Shown: positions 21,153 to 32,759 of the stretch, in pieces
How the letters are laid out: every line of letters starts with the position of its first letter
Numbering within the stretch: position 1 is the first letter of the stretch
Assembly: GCA_051652765.1 (NCBI GenBank)
Contig: JBOFUV010000052.1
Location: forward strand, 32,001-96,000
Reading direction: 5' to 3'
From: Microcoleaceae cyanobacterium
GTDB taxonomy: Bacteria > Cyanobacteriota > Cyanobacteriia > Cyanobacteriales > Microcoleaceae
Length of the DNA stretch: 64,000 nt
The notes under the pieces: generated by a model
Told to the model about the DNA's origin: nothing
Database searches by the model: none
The model's input: the letters and a program-made list of their open reading frames with translations, nothing else
Program-made: the position numbers and the translations under genes

Positions 21153-21570
21153 AACGTTTCTCTGAAATTACGACTAGACATAAATTGCTGAAGCCGCAAA
21201 TCAGTCCTGATTTCTAAATGGTCTGTATAGAACCTTAACCCGACCGTGCAACCTCATTCGTCCATTGTATGCCAAGTCAAAATCTAACACTTAGTATAAA
21301 AAATACATCTGTTATCGCTAGCTGTATTAAACTAGCTGTGTTAGAAAGAATGACCTTCAAGCCATGCCGTTCATTTCATCATTGCTCTAATTGAAAGTTG
21401 CTGTAAACTACAGCAAGAAGTAATCATTTGTGAGTAGGGGGTAGAGGGATGTTGACCCTTCTCAGAGACAAAGTCCCCAAACCCCTTTTTAGGGTTCTCA
21501 TGCTTGATCTCTGATTGCCGTAGCACGATGACTGATTGATGAGGTTCTTGATGGGATTCTTAATAGATTG

Positions 21571-22764
21571 TTAAATATCCGATTCCTCTTCGCCAACGGC
21601 TGAATCTTCAGGCTCCACCGAGGGACGATACAGGTGATCTGGCAGTTCATAGACTCTGGGTAGCACTCGTTCCTGTTGTAGCAGGGTGGGTTCAGCGTCG
21701 TAGCCAAGGTCTGAATCAACTTCTGGTTCTTGGCTCAGCGCTTGAGCCTCACCGATGACTGAACTAATGGATTCTGGCCTGTCAACACCTAGAGTAACCC
21801 CTGGTTCCTGGGTAATCCATTCAGTCTCCTGGCTTGCTGAAAGTTCAGGGTCTAAGTCAGCCGGGTCAGACGAGAAGAACGGTTGCACTGCCGACGGGGC
21901 ATCCGGAGTTTGTTCAGTGGATTGTCGGGATTGATAGACCCTAGGTTGACTCAGATTCGGGACAAAAGTTGACGAACTCGTCTCAACCTGGGTTGGATCT
22001 TGCATAAACTGAACCAACTCTGTTGTCCCTTCCCGAATCCGCTGATAGTATTCTTGCTCTAGGTTGAGGATCGCTCCCTGAATTTGGGCTTCAGACTTCT
22101 CCGTCAAATCCTGCCGAATGTCTTGAATCTGAGCGTCATGCCGCTGTTCTAAAACATCTAAGCGGTTCTGTAGCTCAGTTTGACTGGCTGCTGTTGTGGT
22201 TGCCAGGTCTTGAAGTTGGAACTCATATCGACCCAATTCTTGATTCAGTTGCTCCACTTGAGATTTGCTGACCTCAACGTCTTGCCGCACCTCTCCCAGA
22301 TTAACGTCGTACTGGGCCAAAGATTCGGTCATGTTCTGAACCCGCGCCTCACTGGTTGCAAGTCGTTGGGTCACTGCCATCAGGCGATTTTCATAAATCC
22401 CTAGGGTGCGATGGGCTTGATCTAATTCAAGCTCGCGGGTAGTCAGTTGAGTCGCTAATTCTTCCCGCTCTTGGCCAAACTCTTGTTTGAGAGCACGATG
22501 GGTCGCGTCAAGTCGATCCTCATAAAAGCGCTTGGTTGCTTCTGTCTGCTGCCCGAGTTGCAGTTGATGCTCCTGTCGTAAAGACTGAACCATCTCCTGA
22601 ATTCGTGACTGGTGACTTTTTTCCAGTTCCTCAGCCTGATTCCGAATTTTGGTTTCGTAGGCCCGTCGTTGCTGAAGTGATCGCCGTTCCCACAGCCAAT
22701 AGCCACAACCAAACCCCGCAGCCAAAGCTGCAACTATCATCAGCAATAGATTCATCACTTCCAT
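21571..22764 (-). CDS. Membrane-anchored coiled-coil protein
   Basis: N-terminal TM, ~230 aa Gln/Glu-rich heptads, acidic disordered tail. Confidence 0.8.
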   Translation of the reverse strand: MEVMNLLLMIVAALAAGFGCGYWLWERRSLQQRRAYETKIRNQAEELEKSHQSRIQEMVQSLRQEHQLQLGQQTEATKRFYEDRLDATHRALKQEFGQEREELATQLTTRELELDQAHRTLGIYENRLMAVTQRLATSEARVQNMTESLAQYDVNLGEVRQDVEVSKSQVEQLNQELGRYEFQLQDLATTTAASQTELQNRLDVLEQRHDAQIQDIRQDLTEKSEAQIQGAILNLEQEYYQRIREGTTELVQFMQDPTQVETSSSTFVPNLSQPRVYQSRQSTEQTPDAPSAVQPFFSSDPADLDPELSASQETEWITQEPGVTLGVDRPESISSVIGEAQALSQEPEVDSDLGYDAEPTLLQQERVLPRVYELPDHLYRPSVEPEDSAVGEEESDI

Positions 22765-22865
22765 GACCTTCTCCAGTCGTAACAGCTCGTCATCCGTGAG
22801 TGCTCCGGAATCTGGATCGAGTGGAACAGAGACCAGGGCGCTTTGAATCTTAGAGTATAGATCTT

Positions 22866-22912
22866 TTGGATCTCAAGTTGGATCTCAAGTTGGATCTCAA
22901 GTTGGATCTCAG
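22866..22912. repeat. Tandem 12-mer TTGGATCTCAAG, about 4 copies
   Basis: Three exact copies plus TTGGATCTCAG, directly followed by TATAAT (22913-18). Confidence 0.95.
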
Positions 22913-22952
22913 TATAATTTTCAACAATAGCTCTTGCCCTTGACCATCATCA

Positions 22953-23261
22953 ATGACAAAGTCCACAGAAAGTTCCCTCCTTCGTGCCCATATTTTTATC
23001 TCTGGACAAGTACAGGGAGTTGGCTTTCGGATTGCAACCCAGGCAATAGCAATACAACACAATCTTCAAGGTTGGGTGAGAAATCTCTCCGATGGTCGGG
23101 TGGAAGCAGTATGTGAGGGCAATCGCCTCCAAATTGAAGCGATGATTCAGTGGTGTCGCCAAGGGCCACCTGGGGCAATTCCTCAGACTGTGATCGTTGA
23201 ATATGAAGAACCTGAGGGAATTCAGGGATTCAAAATCACACGCCGAGAATCAGAATCTTAA
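22953..23261 (+). CDS. acyP: Acylphosphatase
   Basis: GQVQGVGFR and GWVRNLSDGRVE signatures. Confidence 0.95.
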   Translation: MTKSTESSLLRAHIFISGQVQGVGFRIATQAIAIQHNLQGWVRNLSDGRVEAVCEGNRLQIEAMIQWCRQGPPGAIPQTVIVEYEEPEGIQGFKITRRESES

Positions 23262-23274
23262 ACCAAGATCTGAC

Positions 23275-24441
23275 TTAAAGCCGAGACTTCACAAACGCCT
23301 CTAGCCGTTCCATCCCAGTATCAATGGTGGCTAGATCCGTGGCATAGGATAACCGAATATGATCGTCATCACCAAAGGCAATTCCAGGAATTGCCGCCAT
23401 CTGCTGTTCTTCTAGCAAGGCATCACAAAACGCCATTGAATTCAGACCCGTCTGACTAATATTAAGGTACATATAAAATGCCCCGTCTGGCTTCAGACAA
23501 TGAATTCCAGGAATGGCGTTTAACTTTTCATACATCACTTCCCGCCGCTTGGCAAACGCTAGCCGCATTGTTTCAACACAATCTTGGGGATATTCTAAGG
23601 CAGCGATCGCTCCATACTGAGCAAAAGTGCAAACATTGGAGGTGCTGTGACCTTGAAGTCGAATCAGTCCCTTGATCACGTCAGCATCTCCCGCAAGATA
23701 CCCCAGTCGCCAACCCGTCATCGCATAGGCTTTGGCGAAACCACTGCTAATAAATGTAAATTTTGCACTCTCTGGATGGGCAGCCGCAATGCTGAGATGA
23801 GTGATCTGATCGTAGACAATCTTTGCATAAATCTCATCTGAAACAACATAAATTCCAGTCTCGACCACAACTTCTGCTAGGGCTTTAACTTCCGCTGGTG
23901 TATAAACCATCCCCGTAGGATTGGAAGGAGAATTGAGCACAAATAACTTTGTTTTTGGAGTGATAGATTGGCGCAGCAGTTCGGGTGTGATTTTGTATCC
24001 GGTACTGGCATCGGTTGGAACAATTACTGGCGTTCCTGTGGCCAACTTCACCATTTCCGGATAGCTGACCCAGTATGGTGCAGGGATAATCACCTCATCT
24101 CCTGGATCAATCACCACCATGATCAGATTGTAGAGTGAATGCTTGCCCCCGTTGGTCACGATCACGTTTTCAACCCCATACTCAATGCCAATCTCTTGAG
24201 TTAAGCTGCGGGCGATCGCTTGTCTGAGTTGTGGTTCTCCTGCGGCAGGGCCATAGCGGGTTTTGCCCTGATCCAATGCCTGTTTTACGGCAGCCACAAT
24301 ATGTTTTGGCGTATCGAAATCTGGTTCCCCCACGCTGAAATCCAAAACATCAATTCCCTGACTCTTCAGGGTCTTGGCTTTTGCCGAGATCGCAAGGGTG
24401 AGAGAGGGCGGAACCTGTTCGATTCGTGCGGCTAGCTTCAT
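23275..24441 (-). CDS. aspC: Aspartate aminotransferase (class I/II PLP)
   Basis: [37 protein letters not shown]; start MKLAAR at 24441. Confidence 0.9.
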   Translation of the reverse strand: MKLAARIEQVPPSLTLAISAKAKTLKSQGIDVLDFSVGEPDFDTPKHIVAAVKQALDQGKTRYGPAAGEPQLRQAIARSLTQEIGIEYGVENVIVTNGGKHSLYNLIMVVIDPGDEVIIPAPYWVSYPEMVKLATGTPVIVPTDASTGYKITPELLRQSITPKTKLFVLNSPSNPTGMVYTPAEVKALAEVVVETGIYVVSDEIYAKIVYDQITHLSIAAAHPESAKFTFISSGFAKAYAMTGWRLGYLAGDADVIKGLIRLQGHSTSNVCTFAQYGAIAALEYPQDCVETMRLAFAKRREVMYEKLNAIPGIHCLKPDGAFYMYLNISQTGLNSMAFCDALLEEQQMAAIPGIAFGDDDHIRLSYATDLATIDTGMERLEAFVKSRL

Positions 24442-24652
24442 GGTGACATCCCTTGAAGTTAAGGTCATAAGTCCTAAGATTCTAAAGGGAGTTTCTCCAG
24501 GTTGCAACTTATGTCTGGAAATCCCAACAGTTCTCAGTCTAGAATTTCTCACTCTAGAATTTCAATTGCAAAATAACTGCTAATAGCCTTGAGGTCTCTC
24601 TCTCTTCTCCAAAAGCTGAAAGAGGTCATTCCTGTTGTGGCAGAATGGTTAG

Positions 24653-26389
<1,737 letters not shown>

Positions 26390-26615
26390 ATTTCCACTTC
26401 AGATTCTGCTTAAATAATGATGCTTTAGATTATAAATTATGGGGTTAAAAACACTTTGTGTATGCTCGCTCATTAGGGTTAAGAGGATAGTTGAAAAGTC
26501 GGATTTATTCCCCGATGGGTTAGGCTGCGTCATCCAAACCCCCTGGGTTTGCATTCAGAGTCTAGTTCACTGGCATCGATTGATACCCTTTTCAAACATC
26601 CTCTGAGGAACTTTT

Positions 26616-27035
26616 GTGGCTTACTGGGTTAAAATCACTGATGATCAAAAGCAGTACTTTGTTAACCTAGAGCAGGTAGGTGCATTTTGTACTGAATTCA
26701 ATAAACGGATTAAATTTTGGCTCCCTGATATTGGTCAACCTATTATTGTCAATAATCAAAGTAACCCGGAGGAATATCAGAAACTCTGGCATTATCTTGC
26801 TCTCATCACAGACCAAACTTCTCCAACATATTGGCTGAAAATTCACTACGAACGCCGAGACTACATTATTAATCTGGATCGAGTTTATGCTTTTTCCTAT
26901 GACCAAGGCAAACGCATTACGTTCTGGCTGCCCGATGGAGTAGAACCCATTATTTTAAATTCCCAAAGCTATGCAGAAGCCTATCAAAAAGTCCAGGATT
27001 ATGTTGAACGTACGACGGGATATACGCTTTCGTAA
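26616..27035 (+). CDS. Hypothetical protein made of two ~65-aa internal repeats
   Basis: YW.KI..Y..NL..V.AF..KRI.FWLPD..PII.N.QS..E.YQK occurs twice; GAGG RBS and GTG start. Confidence 0.8.
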   Translation: MAYWVKITDDQKQYFVNLEQVGAFCTEFNKRIKFWLPDIGQPIIVNNQSNPEEYQKLWHYLALITDQTSPTYWLKIHYERRDYIINLDRVYAFSYDQGKRITFWLPDGVEPIILNSQSYAEAYQKVQDYVERTTGYTLS

Positions 27036-27170
27036 GTCCTAATCCATCAGTCCTTAATATAAGGTCGGTTTTAGTTACTACTGTAAATTAATTACAAAAA
27101 AACCAGGAGCATCCTGGAGACAAAGTTTCCTTGAGAATTCTTGCCATCGCTCTCCAACTAACTCCTGGAT

Positions 27171-27225
27171 CAATTAAGCATTAGTCAATTAAGTATTGGT
27201 CAATTAAGCATTAGTTAATTAAGCA
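27171..27225. repeat. Tandem 15-mer CAATTAAGCATTAGT, about 3.7 copies
   Basis: Copies at 27171, 27186, 27201 and partial at 27216. Confidence 0.9.
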
Positions 27226-27422
27226 AATTGTTCAACCTCAATCACTTGGCTGAGTTCGATTTGTTCCCATTGACCTTCTGGAGTATCTTCGGCAGCAATA
27301 ATAATCATTTCTTCCTCTTCCGAAAACCCCATGGGACTAGCATAGCGAATCGCGCCATCATGATCTTGAAACTTGATCCGTTTGGCAGCAACAACATCAG
27401 CAATGGTTAACTCTGTGTCCAT
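27219..27422 (-). CDS. Small acidic hypothetical protein (67 aa)
   Basis: ATG with AGGAG RBS; downstream of the Hsp70-like gene. Confidence 0.75.
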   Translation of the reverse strand: MDTELTIADVVAAKRIKFQDHDGAIRYASPMGFSEEEEMIIIAAEDTPEGQWEQIELSQVIEVEQFA

Positions 27423-27500
27423 GGATTGCTCTCCTAAAGTTCAACTTGAAAACTAACTTGAAACTTAACTAAAAGCTAAACAGTCTGAATACACATTGAT

Positions 27501-29090
27501 TCAATTTAGTTGTACCACAGGTTGCTCCTGAAATAACGTTTCATGGGTTAACAAATCTTCGACAGTAATTTTGAGAAATCGCTGCTGATCTACAGTGAAT
27601 AGAACCTTCACGCGATCGCGCCCTGGACTTCCGGGTGGCGTTAATTGAGCAATGCTGCGTCCTGCATCAGTATCGTTCAAGGTCTGAACAACGGTTTGAC
27701 CTTGGGCCAGATTGCGAGTAATCAGGCGATCACCCTCAAAATAGACCTCTGTGCCTCCCACCTCCGCCCCTAATTCCCCAATAATCAGTTCAATGCTGGG
27801 CTGATTTTCCCGCGATGCACCCAACACAATTTCAGTTGGGTCAGTCATTGGATAGGGTTGACCTGATTTAACAATCGGATGCCAACTGTGACAATTGTCC
27901 CGCCGATTCCAGTAACGAATACCATAACTGTGGTACAGAAAATCTTGAATTTGTGTCCCCAAACTCAGTTGAAGTGCGCCATGGGAAATCGCCTCAAAGG
28001 GTTTTTCACACCGAATTTTACTCGCATCAAAATATTGGTTGATCCAGGTTTGAACGGCTGGAATTTGTACGGTTCCGCCAACGAGTAAGACTGCGTTAAT
28101 ATCAGCGACTTCAATGCCTTGACGACGGGCTTGCTGCAGCACTTGATCCATAGCAGTATCCAACCGCTCAAAAAATTGATGTTGGTTGAGAATGGCTTCA
28201 AATTGAGGTCGAGTTAACTCCAATTCATAACTCTCTAAAGTTTCATCATTAAAATAAACTTCTGTGGCTTTAGGGTAACGGGATAATTGAATTTTGAGTC
28301 GTTCCGCCAGACGAGTCGTTAAAACAGTCTTGGGTAATCCCTGGGTTTCAACAAAGTAATCTACTAGCCAATGATCCAGATCTGAACCTCCTAAATTTTG
28401 TCCTGCTTTTGCCAGAACCCGTGCTGTTTTTGGCTGTTGTCCAGAAGACTCAGCAAAGGATTTTTGTCCCCATTGCAAAATAAATCCAACCGGGGCGGTT
28501 TTCCCCGCATCTAGTCGAACCAAGGATAAGTCGAGGGTTCCTCCCCCAAAATCAATTACCAACAACAGTTCCTGATCTGCCAATCCATAGCCCAATGCTG
28601 CCGCTGTGGGTTCATCCAGTATCCGCACTTGGTCTACCTCTAAAAATTGACAGACCGATCCAAGCCAATTGCGATAGGTTTCAAAACTATCGACTGGAAC
28701 CGTAAAAATTAAGGAATCTACAGGCAAAGGTACTGTCCGAACTGCGTTGACTACCTGGGTCAGAAACCACTGCCCAACTTGTTCAAAGCTGACTATTTGA
28801 CCATCTAGTTCTGGCAAAAACCCTTGGATGTTTGTCCCAATTCCCCGTTTGAAGTTGCGAAAAAATCGTGGATCACCACTCGCATCGTAGCCTTTGTCTC
28901 TGACCTGCTGACCTGAAATGATCTGGTTTTCAACAGCACTTTCAACGTAGACCAGACTTGGAATCAAGGCAGGATTCTGGGCTGAACTCAGGGATAATCC
29001 TGGAAGTTTCAGGGTTTCAGCTTGTTGGGTTGCAGGATTCCACCGGGCAATAACAGTGTTACTCGTGCCAAAATCAATTGCGATCGCCAT
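27501..29090 (-). CDS. Hsp70/DnaK-family protein (non-canonical)
   Basis: AIDFGTSNT, DEPTAAALGYG, DFGGGTLDLS, LGGSDLD, VLLVGG; no canonical DnaK lid. Confidence 0.92.
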   Translation of the reverse strand: MAIAIDFGTSNTVIARWNPATQQAETLKLPGLSLSSAQNPALIPSLVYVESAVENQIISGQQVRDKGYDASGDPRFFRNFKRGIGTNIQGFLPELDGQIVSFEQVGQWFLTQVVNAVRTVPLPVDSLIFTVPVDSFETYRNWLGSVCQFLEVDQVRILDEPTAAALGYGLADQELLLVIDFGGGTLDLSLVRLDAGKTAPVGFILQWGQKSFAESSGQQPKTARVLAKAGQNLGGSDLDHWLVDYFVETQGLPKTVLTTRLAERLKIQLSRYPKATEVYFNDETLESYELELTRPQFEAILNQHQFFERLDTAMDQVLQQARRQGIEVADINAVLLVGGTVQIPAVQTWINQYFDASKIRCEKPFEAISHGALQLSLGTQIQDFLYHSYGIRYWNRRDNCHSWHPIVKSGQPYPMTDPTEIVLGASRENQPSIELIIGELGAEVGGTEVYFEGDRLITRNLAQGQTVVQTLNDTDAGRSIAQLTPPGSPGRDRVKVLFTVDQQRFLKITVEDLLTHETLFQEQPVVQLN

Positions 29091-29312
29091 TCAATCTATT
29101 CTCAGGATTAAGGTTAAAGGGTTCAATCAGAGTCTATGGGTTGGACGAATTGCCAAATCTTTAAACATTAGTGTACCGTAGGATTCGATACAGGGTGAGT
29201 TCGCAAAAGGCGGTTTCCCACGCTCTCAGGAAGTCACCTTCACGTTAATGTAGAAGTAAGTGATGTTAACACTCCGCTTATCACATTCTGTCAACAATAC
29301 TCCATCACCTTC

Positions 29313-30551
29313 ATGAACGTTAGTCTCCTGCCCCTGCTGAACGATCCCAACCTAGATGCGACTCAAAGCAATAGCCAACGGCAACTTTCTATTTCAGTAT
29401 CCGCTGTTGCTAATCCTTTGGAACGCAATGTTCCCTTGAATCTATGTTTGATTCTTGATCATAGTGGCTCGATGAATGGCAAACCTTTAGAAACGGTGAA
29501 ACAGGCAGCGGGGGAATTGGTTGATCGACTCAGTTCTGGCGATCGCCTTTCAATCGTCACATTTGATCACCGGGCAAAGGTGTTGATTTCCAATCAAGAA
29601 ATCGATGATCCAGAGCGAATTAAGCAGCAGATTAATAAACTTAGAACTTCTGGCGGTACTGCTATTGATGAAGGCTTAAAGCTGGGAATTGAGGAACTGA
29701 ATAAGGGCAAGCAAGAACGAATTTCCCAGGCATTTCTGCTCACCGATGGTGAGAATGAACATGGGGACAACAATCGTTGCCTAAAGTTAGCTCAACTTGC
29801 CGCAGAGTACAACTTAACGGTCAGCACTTTAGGGTTTGGGGATGACTGGAATCAGGATGTCCTCGAAAAAATTGCCGATCAAGCAGGCGGTTCCCTTGCA
29901 TATATCGAATATCCTGAGCAGGCAATTGATGAGTTTAATCGGTTGTTTAATCGGATGCAATCTGTGGGATTAACCAATGCTTACTTACAGTTTTCTTTAA
30001 TGCCAAAAATCAGATTGGCAGAACTCAAACCCATTGCCCAAGTTTCCCCAGATACCATTGAATTACCTGTGCAACCTGAAGGAGAGCAATTTGTAGTTCG
30101 GTTGGGAGATCTAATGCGAGACATGGAACGGGTGGTGCTGGCAAACCTCTACATTGGACAGCTCTCTCCGGGTCAGCAAGCGATCGCCAAATTGCAAGTC
30201 CGTTACGACGATCCCGCCCTCGGATTACAGGGAGTCCTGTCTGATCCGGTATTAGTCGAAGCAAAGGTGATTCAGGACTATCGACCCAGTCAAAATCCTC
30301 AAGTTCAGCCCCATATTCTAGCCCTGGCAAAATATCGGCAAACTCAAATTGCAGAAACAAAGCTCCAACAAGGCGATCGCGCTGGTGCGGCCACAATGCT
30401 GCAAACGGCGGCAAAAACAGCACTACAAATGGGCGATCAAGGCGCTGCAACCGTACTACAAACAAGCGCTACTCGTCTGCAATCAGGGGAAGAATTATCC
30501 GAGAGCGATCGCAAAAAAACCCGCATTGTTTCTAAGACTATTCTGAAGTAG
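29313..30551 (+). CDS. VWA domain protein
   Basis: MIDAS DHSGSM, GGTAI, LLTDGE, LGFGDDWN; C-terminal helical region. Confidence 0.92.
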   Translation: MNVSLLPLLNDPNLDATQSNSQRQLSISVSAVANPLERNVPLNLCLILDHSGSMNGKPLETVKQAAGELVDRLSSGDRLSIVTFDHRAKVLISNQEIDDPERIKQQINKLRTSGGTAIDEGLKLGIEELNKGKQERISQAFLLTDGENEHGDNNRCLKLAQLAAEYNLTVSTLGFGDDWNQDVLEKIADQAGGSLAYIEYPEQAIDEFNRLFNRMQSVGLTNAYLQFSLMPKIRLAELKPIAQVSPDTIELPVQPEGEQFVVRLGDLMRDMERVVLANLYIGQLSPGQQAIAKLQVRYDDPALGLQGVLSDPVLVEAKVIQDYRPSQNPQVQPHILALAKYRQTQIAETKLQQGDRAGAATMLQTAAKTALQMGDQGAATVLQTSATRLQSGEELSESDRKKTRIVSKTILK

Positions 30552-30738
30552 TTCAAAGTTAGGGATTGAGAATTAGGGGCTGTTATGATCATCCGATCAA
30601 GGCTTTGCAAGACTTTTGTAGAAGAAGGGATTCAGGGATGAGGGGTAAAGATGTATGCGTCAATTGGCTTTCTGATTCTCTACTCCCTATCTTTTTGGCA
30701 GTCTACTCATCTAAGAATTGCTAATTTTCACAGATCAA

Positions 30739-30768
30739 AGGTTAATGATAGGTTAACAATGAGTTAAT
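30739..30768 (-). promoter_or_regulatory. Putative Pho box (SphR site)
   Basis: Minus strand reads ATTAACTC-att-GTTAACCT-atc-ATTAACCT, 11-bp period, versus CTTAACCT-N3 x3 consensus. Confidence 0.45.
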
Positions 30769-31073
30769 TTTATAACGAGGTTAAATACTGAATTTTTGAG
30801 TTGGCAACTTAAGTTCAAATACTCAGCTTATTTTTAAAGCAATTAAGGTAATAGTTAAATTTATTAGTTCTGTCTCTTGAACAAGATTTCTCCGCTAAAA
30901 TTGAGATGCATCGGTTCATATAATAGTGTTGGCTTGTCAAAGAGTGCTGATACTTACAGCAATTCTTTTGAAGAGCTATCAGGGTGGAATCTACTTTCTC
31001 AAAGTACTTGGAGTTATCCAAGCAATTGCTTTGCGTGAATGTTGATGTAAGTTACCCTTGATCTACCCATTTT

Positions 31074-32552
31074 ATGCTGAATCTCGATCAGTTCCCTAAC
31101 ACTTCGAACTTACCAAATTCCCGACCTACGCCCCAGAATTTACATCTTGAATCAGCCTTACAGGATTTATCTCTCTATGATTATCAAGTGGATGCCGAGC
31201 AACCTGGCTTGGTTTTAGCGCAGCTTTTTGAGTTGAGTCCCTCCGCCCCAGGAGCAGTCCTGATGAACCAAGGGGAGTTTCTGGGAATGATCTCTCAACG
31301 TCGCTTTTTAGAACGATTAAGTCGCCCCTATGGACGAGAAGTTTTTTTAAAGCGATCGCTGCATATTCTCTATCAGTTTGCCCAGGCAGATTTACTGATT
31401 TTACCGGGAACAATCTTAGTTGTTACCGCAGCCGAGCGAGTCATTCAGCGACCCATTTCAGCTTTGTCTGAACCTATTGTTGTTCAACTTTCAGATCACG
31501 ATTATCGACTGATTGACGCACAGCAAGTGCTCATTGCCCAGTCCTGTATTCACCAACTGGCGACTGAACTTCTGCGTCAACATACTCAAGCTCAACTGAT
31601 TCAATCTGAGAAATTAGCAACATTAGGTCAGCTCTTAGCAGGAGTTGCCCATGATATTAGAAACCCGGTGTCTTGTATTGCAGGAAATGCAACTTGCTTA
31701 ACCAATTATTGCAAAGACTTAGTCGGTCTAACCCAAGTTTATGAAACCGCACACTCTGAAATTAACGACCAGGTATTAGAATACAAGGAAGAGATCGAGT
31801 TTGACTTACTCAAGCAGGACTTGCCCGAGGTCTTAAAGAGTATTAATGTCTCAGTTTCTCGGCTCAATCATTTGGTTGAAAGCTTACGGGTTTTCTCTCG
31901 GCCAGATACCCTCAAACGAGAGCGTACCGATATTCATGAATGTTTAGACAATACGCTGCTGATTTTACAGAATCGTCTCAAAGACAGAGTCAAGATCAAT
32001 CGAGATTATGGCAAACTTCCCACGCTCTATTGCTATCCCAATCAATTGAGTCAAGTTTTTATGAACTTGATTATCAACGCCGTAGATGCCTTGGAAGAAA
32101 CCGATAAAGCTCAGAAAAAATCAGGGAAGATTTGGATCAAGACTGAGTTGCGAAGTTCTTCTCTTGAGGAAAAGGAGAGCATGAATCTTATTTTAGTAGA
32201 AGAGATGAATAGCTTGATGGCGGCGCAGTCAGAGAGCTATGGAGACTATTCCTCTGATATTGCTGTAGATCATCAAACTCAATCCGTTTCTCGAGAGGCT
32301 GAACTTGCCAAAGATTACTCCTGTTGCATCTCAGTGCAGATTCGGGATAATGGCCCAGGAATTCCCTCGGAAATTCAGCATCGTATTTTTGAGAACTTTT
32401 TTACCACAAAATCTCCAAGTCGAGGAACAGGGTTGGGCTTAAGCATGAGCTATCAGATTATTGCTGAAAAGCATCACGGCAGAATCAATCTCAAATCCAA
32501 AGTTGGCAAAGGGACTGAATTTGAGGTTTTACTCCCTTTGCTTTACAACTAG
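31074..32552 (+). CDS. Cytoplasmic histidine kinase with CBS-like N-terminus
   Basis: FLGMISQRRF..SRPYG region; GVAHDIRNP; NAVDA, DNGPGI, FFTTK, GTGLGL. Confidence 0.9.
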   Translation: MLNLDQFPNTSNLPNSRPTPQNLHLESALQDLSLYDYQVDAEQPGLVLAQLFELSPSAPGAVLMNQGEFLGMISQRRFLERLSRPYGREVFLKRSLHILYQFAQADLLILPGTILVVTAAERVIQRPISALSEPIVVQLSDHDYRLIDAQQVLIAQSCIHQLATELLRQHTQAQLIQSEKLATLGQLLAGVAHDIRNPVSCIAGNATCLTNYCKDLVGLTQVYETAHSEINDQVLEYKEEIEFDLLKQDLPEVLKSINVSVSRLNHLVESLRVFSRPDTLKRERTDIHECLDNTLLILQNRLKDRVKINRDYGKLPTLYCYPNQLSQVFMNLIINAVDALEETDKAQKKSGKIWIKTELRSSSLEEKESMNLILVEEMNSLMAAQSESYGDYSSDIAVDHQTQSVSREAELAKDYSCCISVQIRDNGPGIPSEIQHRIFENFFTTKSPSRGTGLGLSMSYQIIAEKHHGRINLKSKVGKGTEFEVLLPLLYN

Positions 32553-32759
32553 ATAGGGTTCAGATTGCAGCCTCAACTGCAAAATCCTTGATCTAATCAA
32601 AGTGGATTTAGGATCATGTACCTTTTCGAGGTTACTCAAAACGTCTCACGATGGTAGTAGTGGGTCATTTTTACCTACTCCTCTCAACCCAGGGCACGAT
32701 GGTGCGCTAACATTATTGTTAGTGATAGCTCGTGAATTTTTTTGACTAACTGCCAATCA

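Noticed and set aside
16136..21500. Genomic island integrated at tRNA-Cys
   Set aside because: No integrase, no duplicated tRNA 3' end noticed, and HIP1 sites persist in the adjacent genes.
22866..22912. Tandem repeats (here and at 27171, 46424) as CRISPR arrays
   Set aside because: Units are 12-15 bp and abut without spacers; no cas genes in the window.
27082..27096. TGTAAATTAATTACA as an NtcA site
   Set aside because: Spacing is GTA-N7-TAC rather than N8, and it lies between convergent genes.
30815..31021. Short ORFs in AT-rich intergenic regions (30815-31021, 50193-50378, 50309-50515, 63450-63632)
   Set aside because: No clear RBS, motif or protein-like composition; consistent with chance ORFs.
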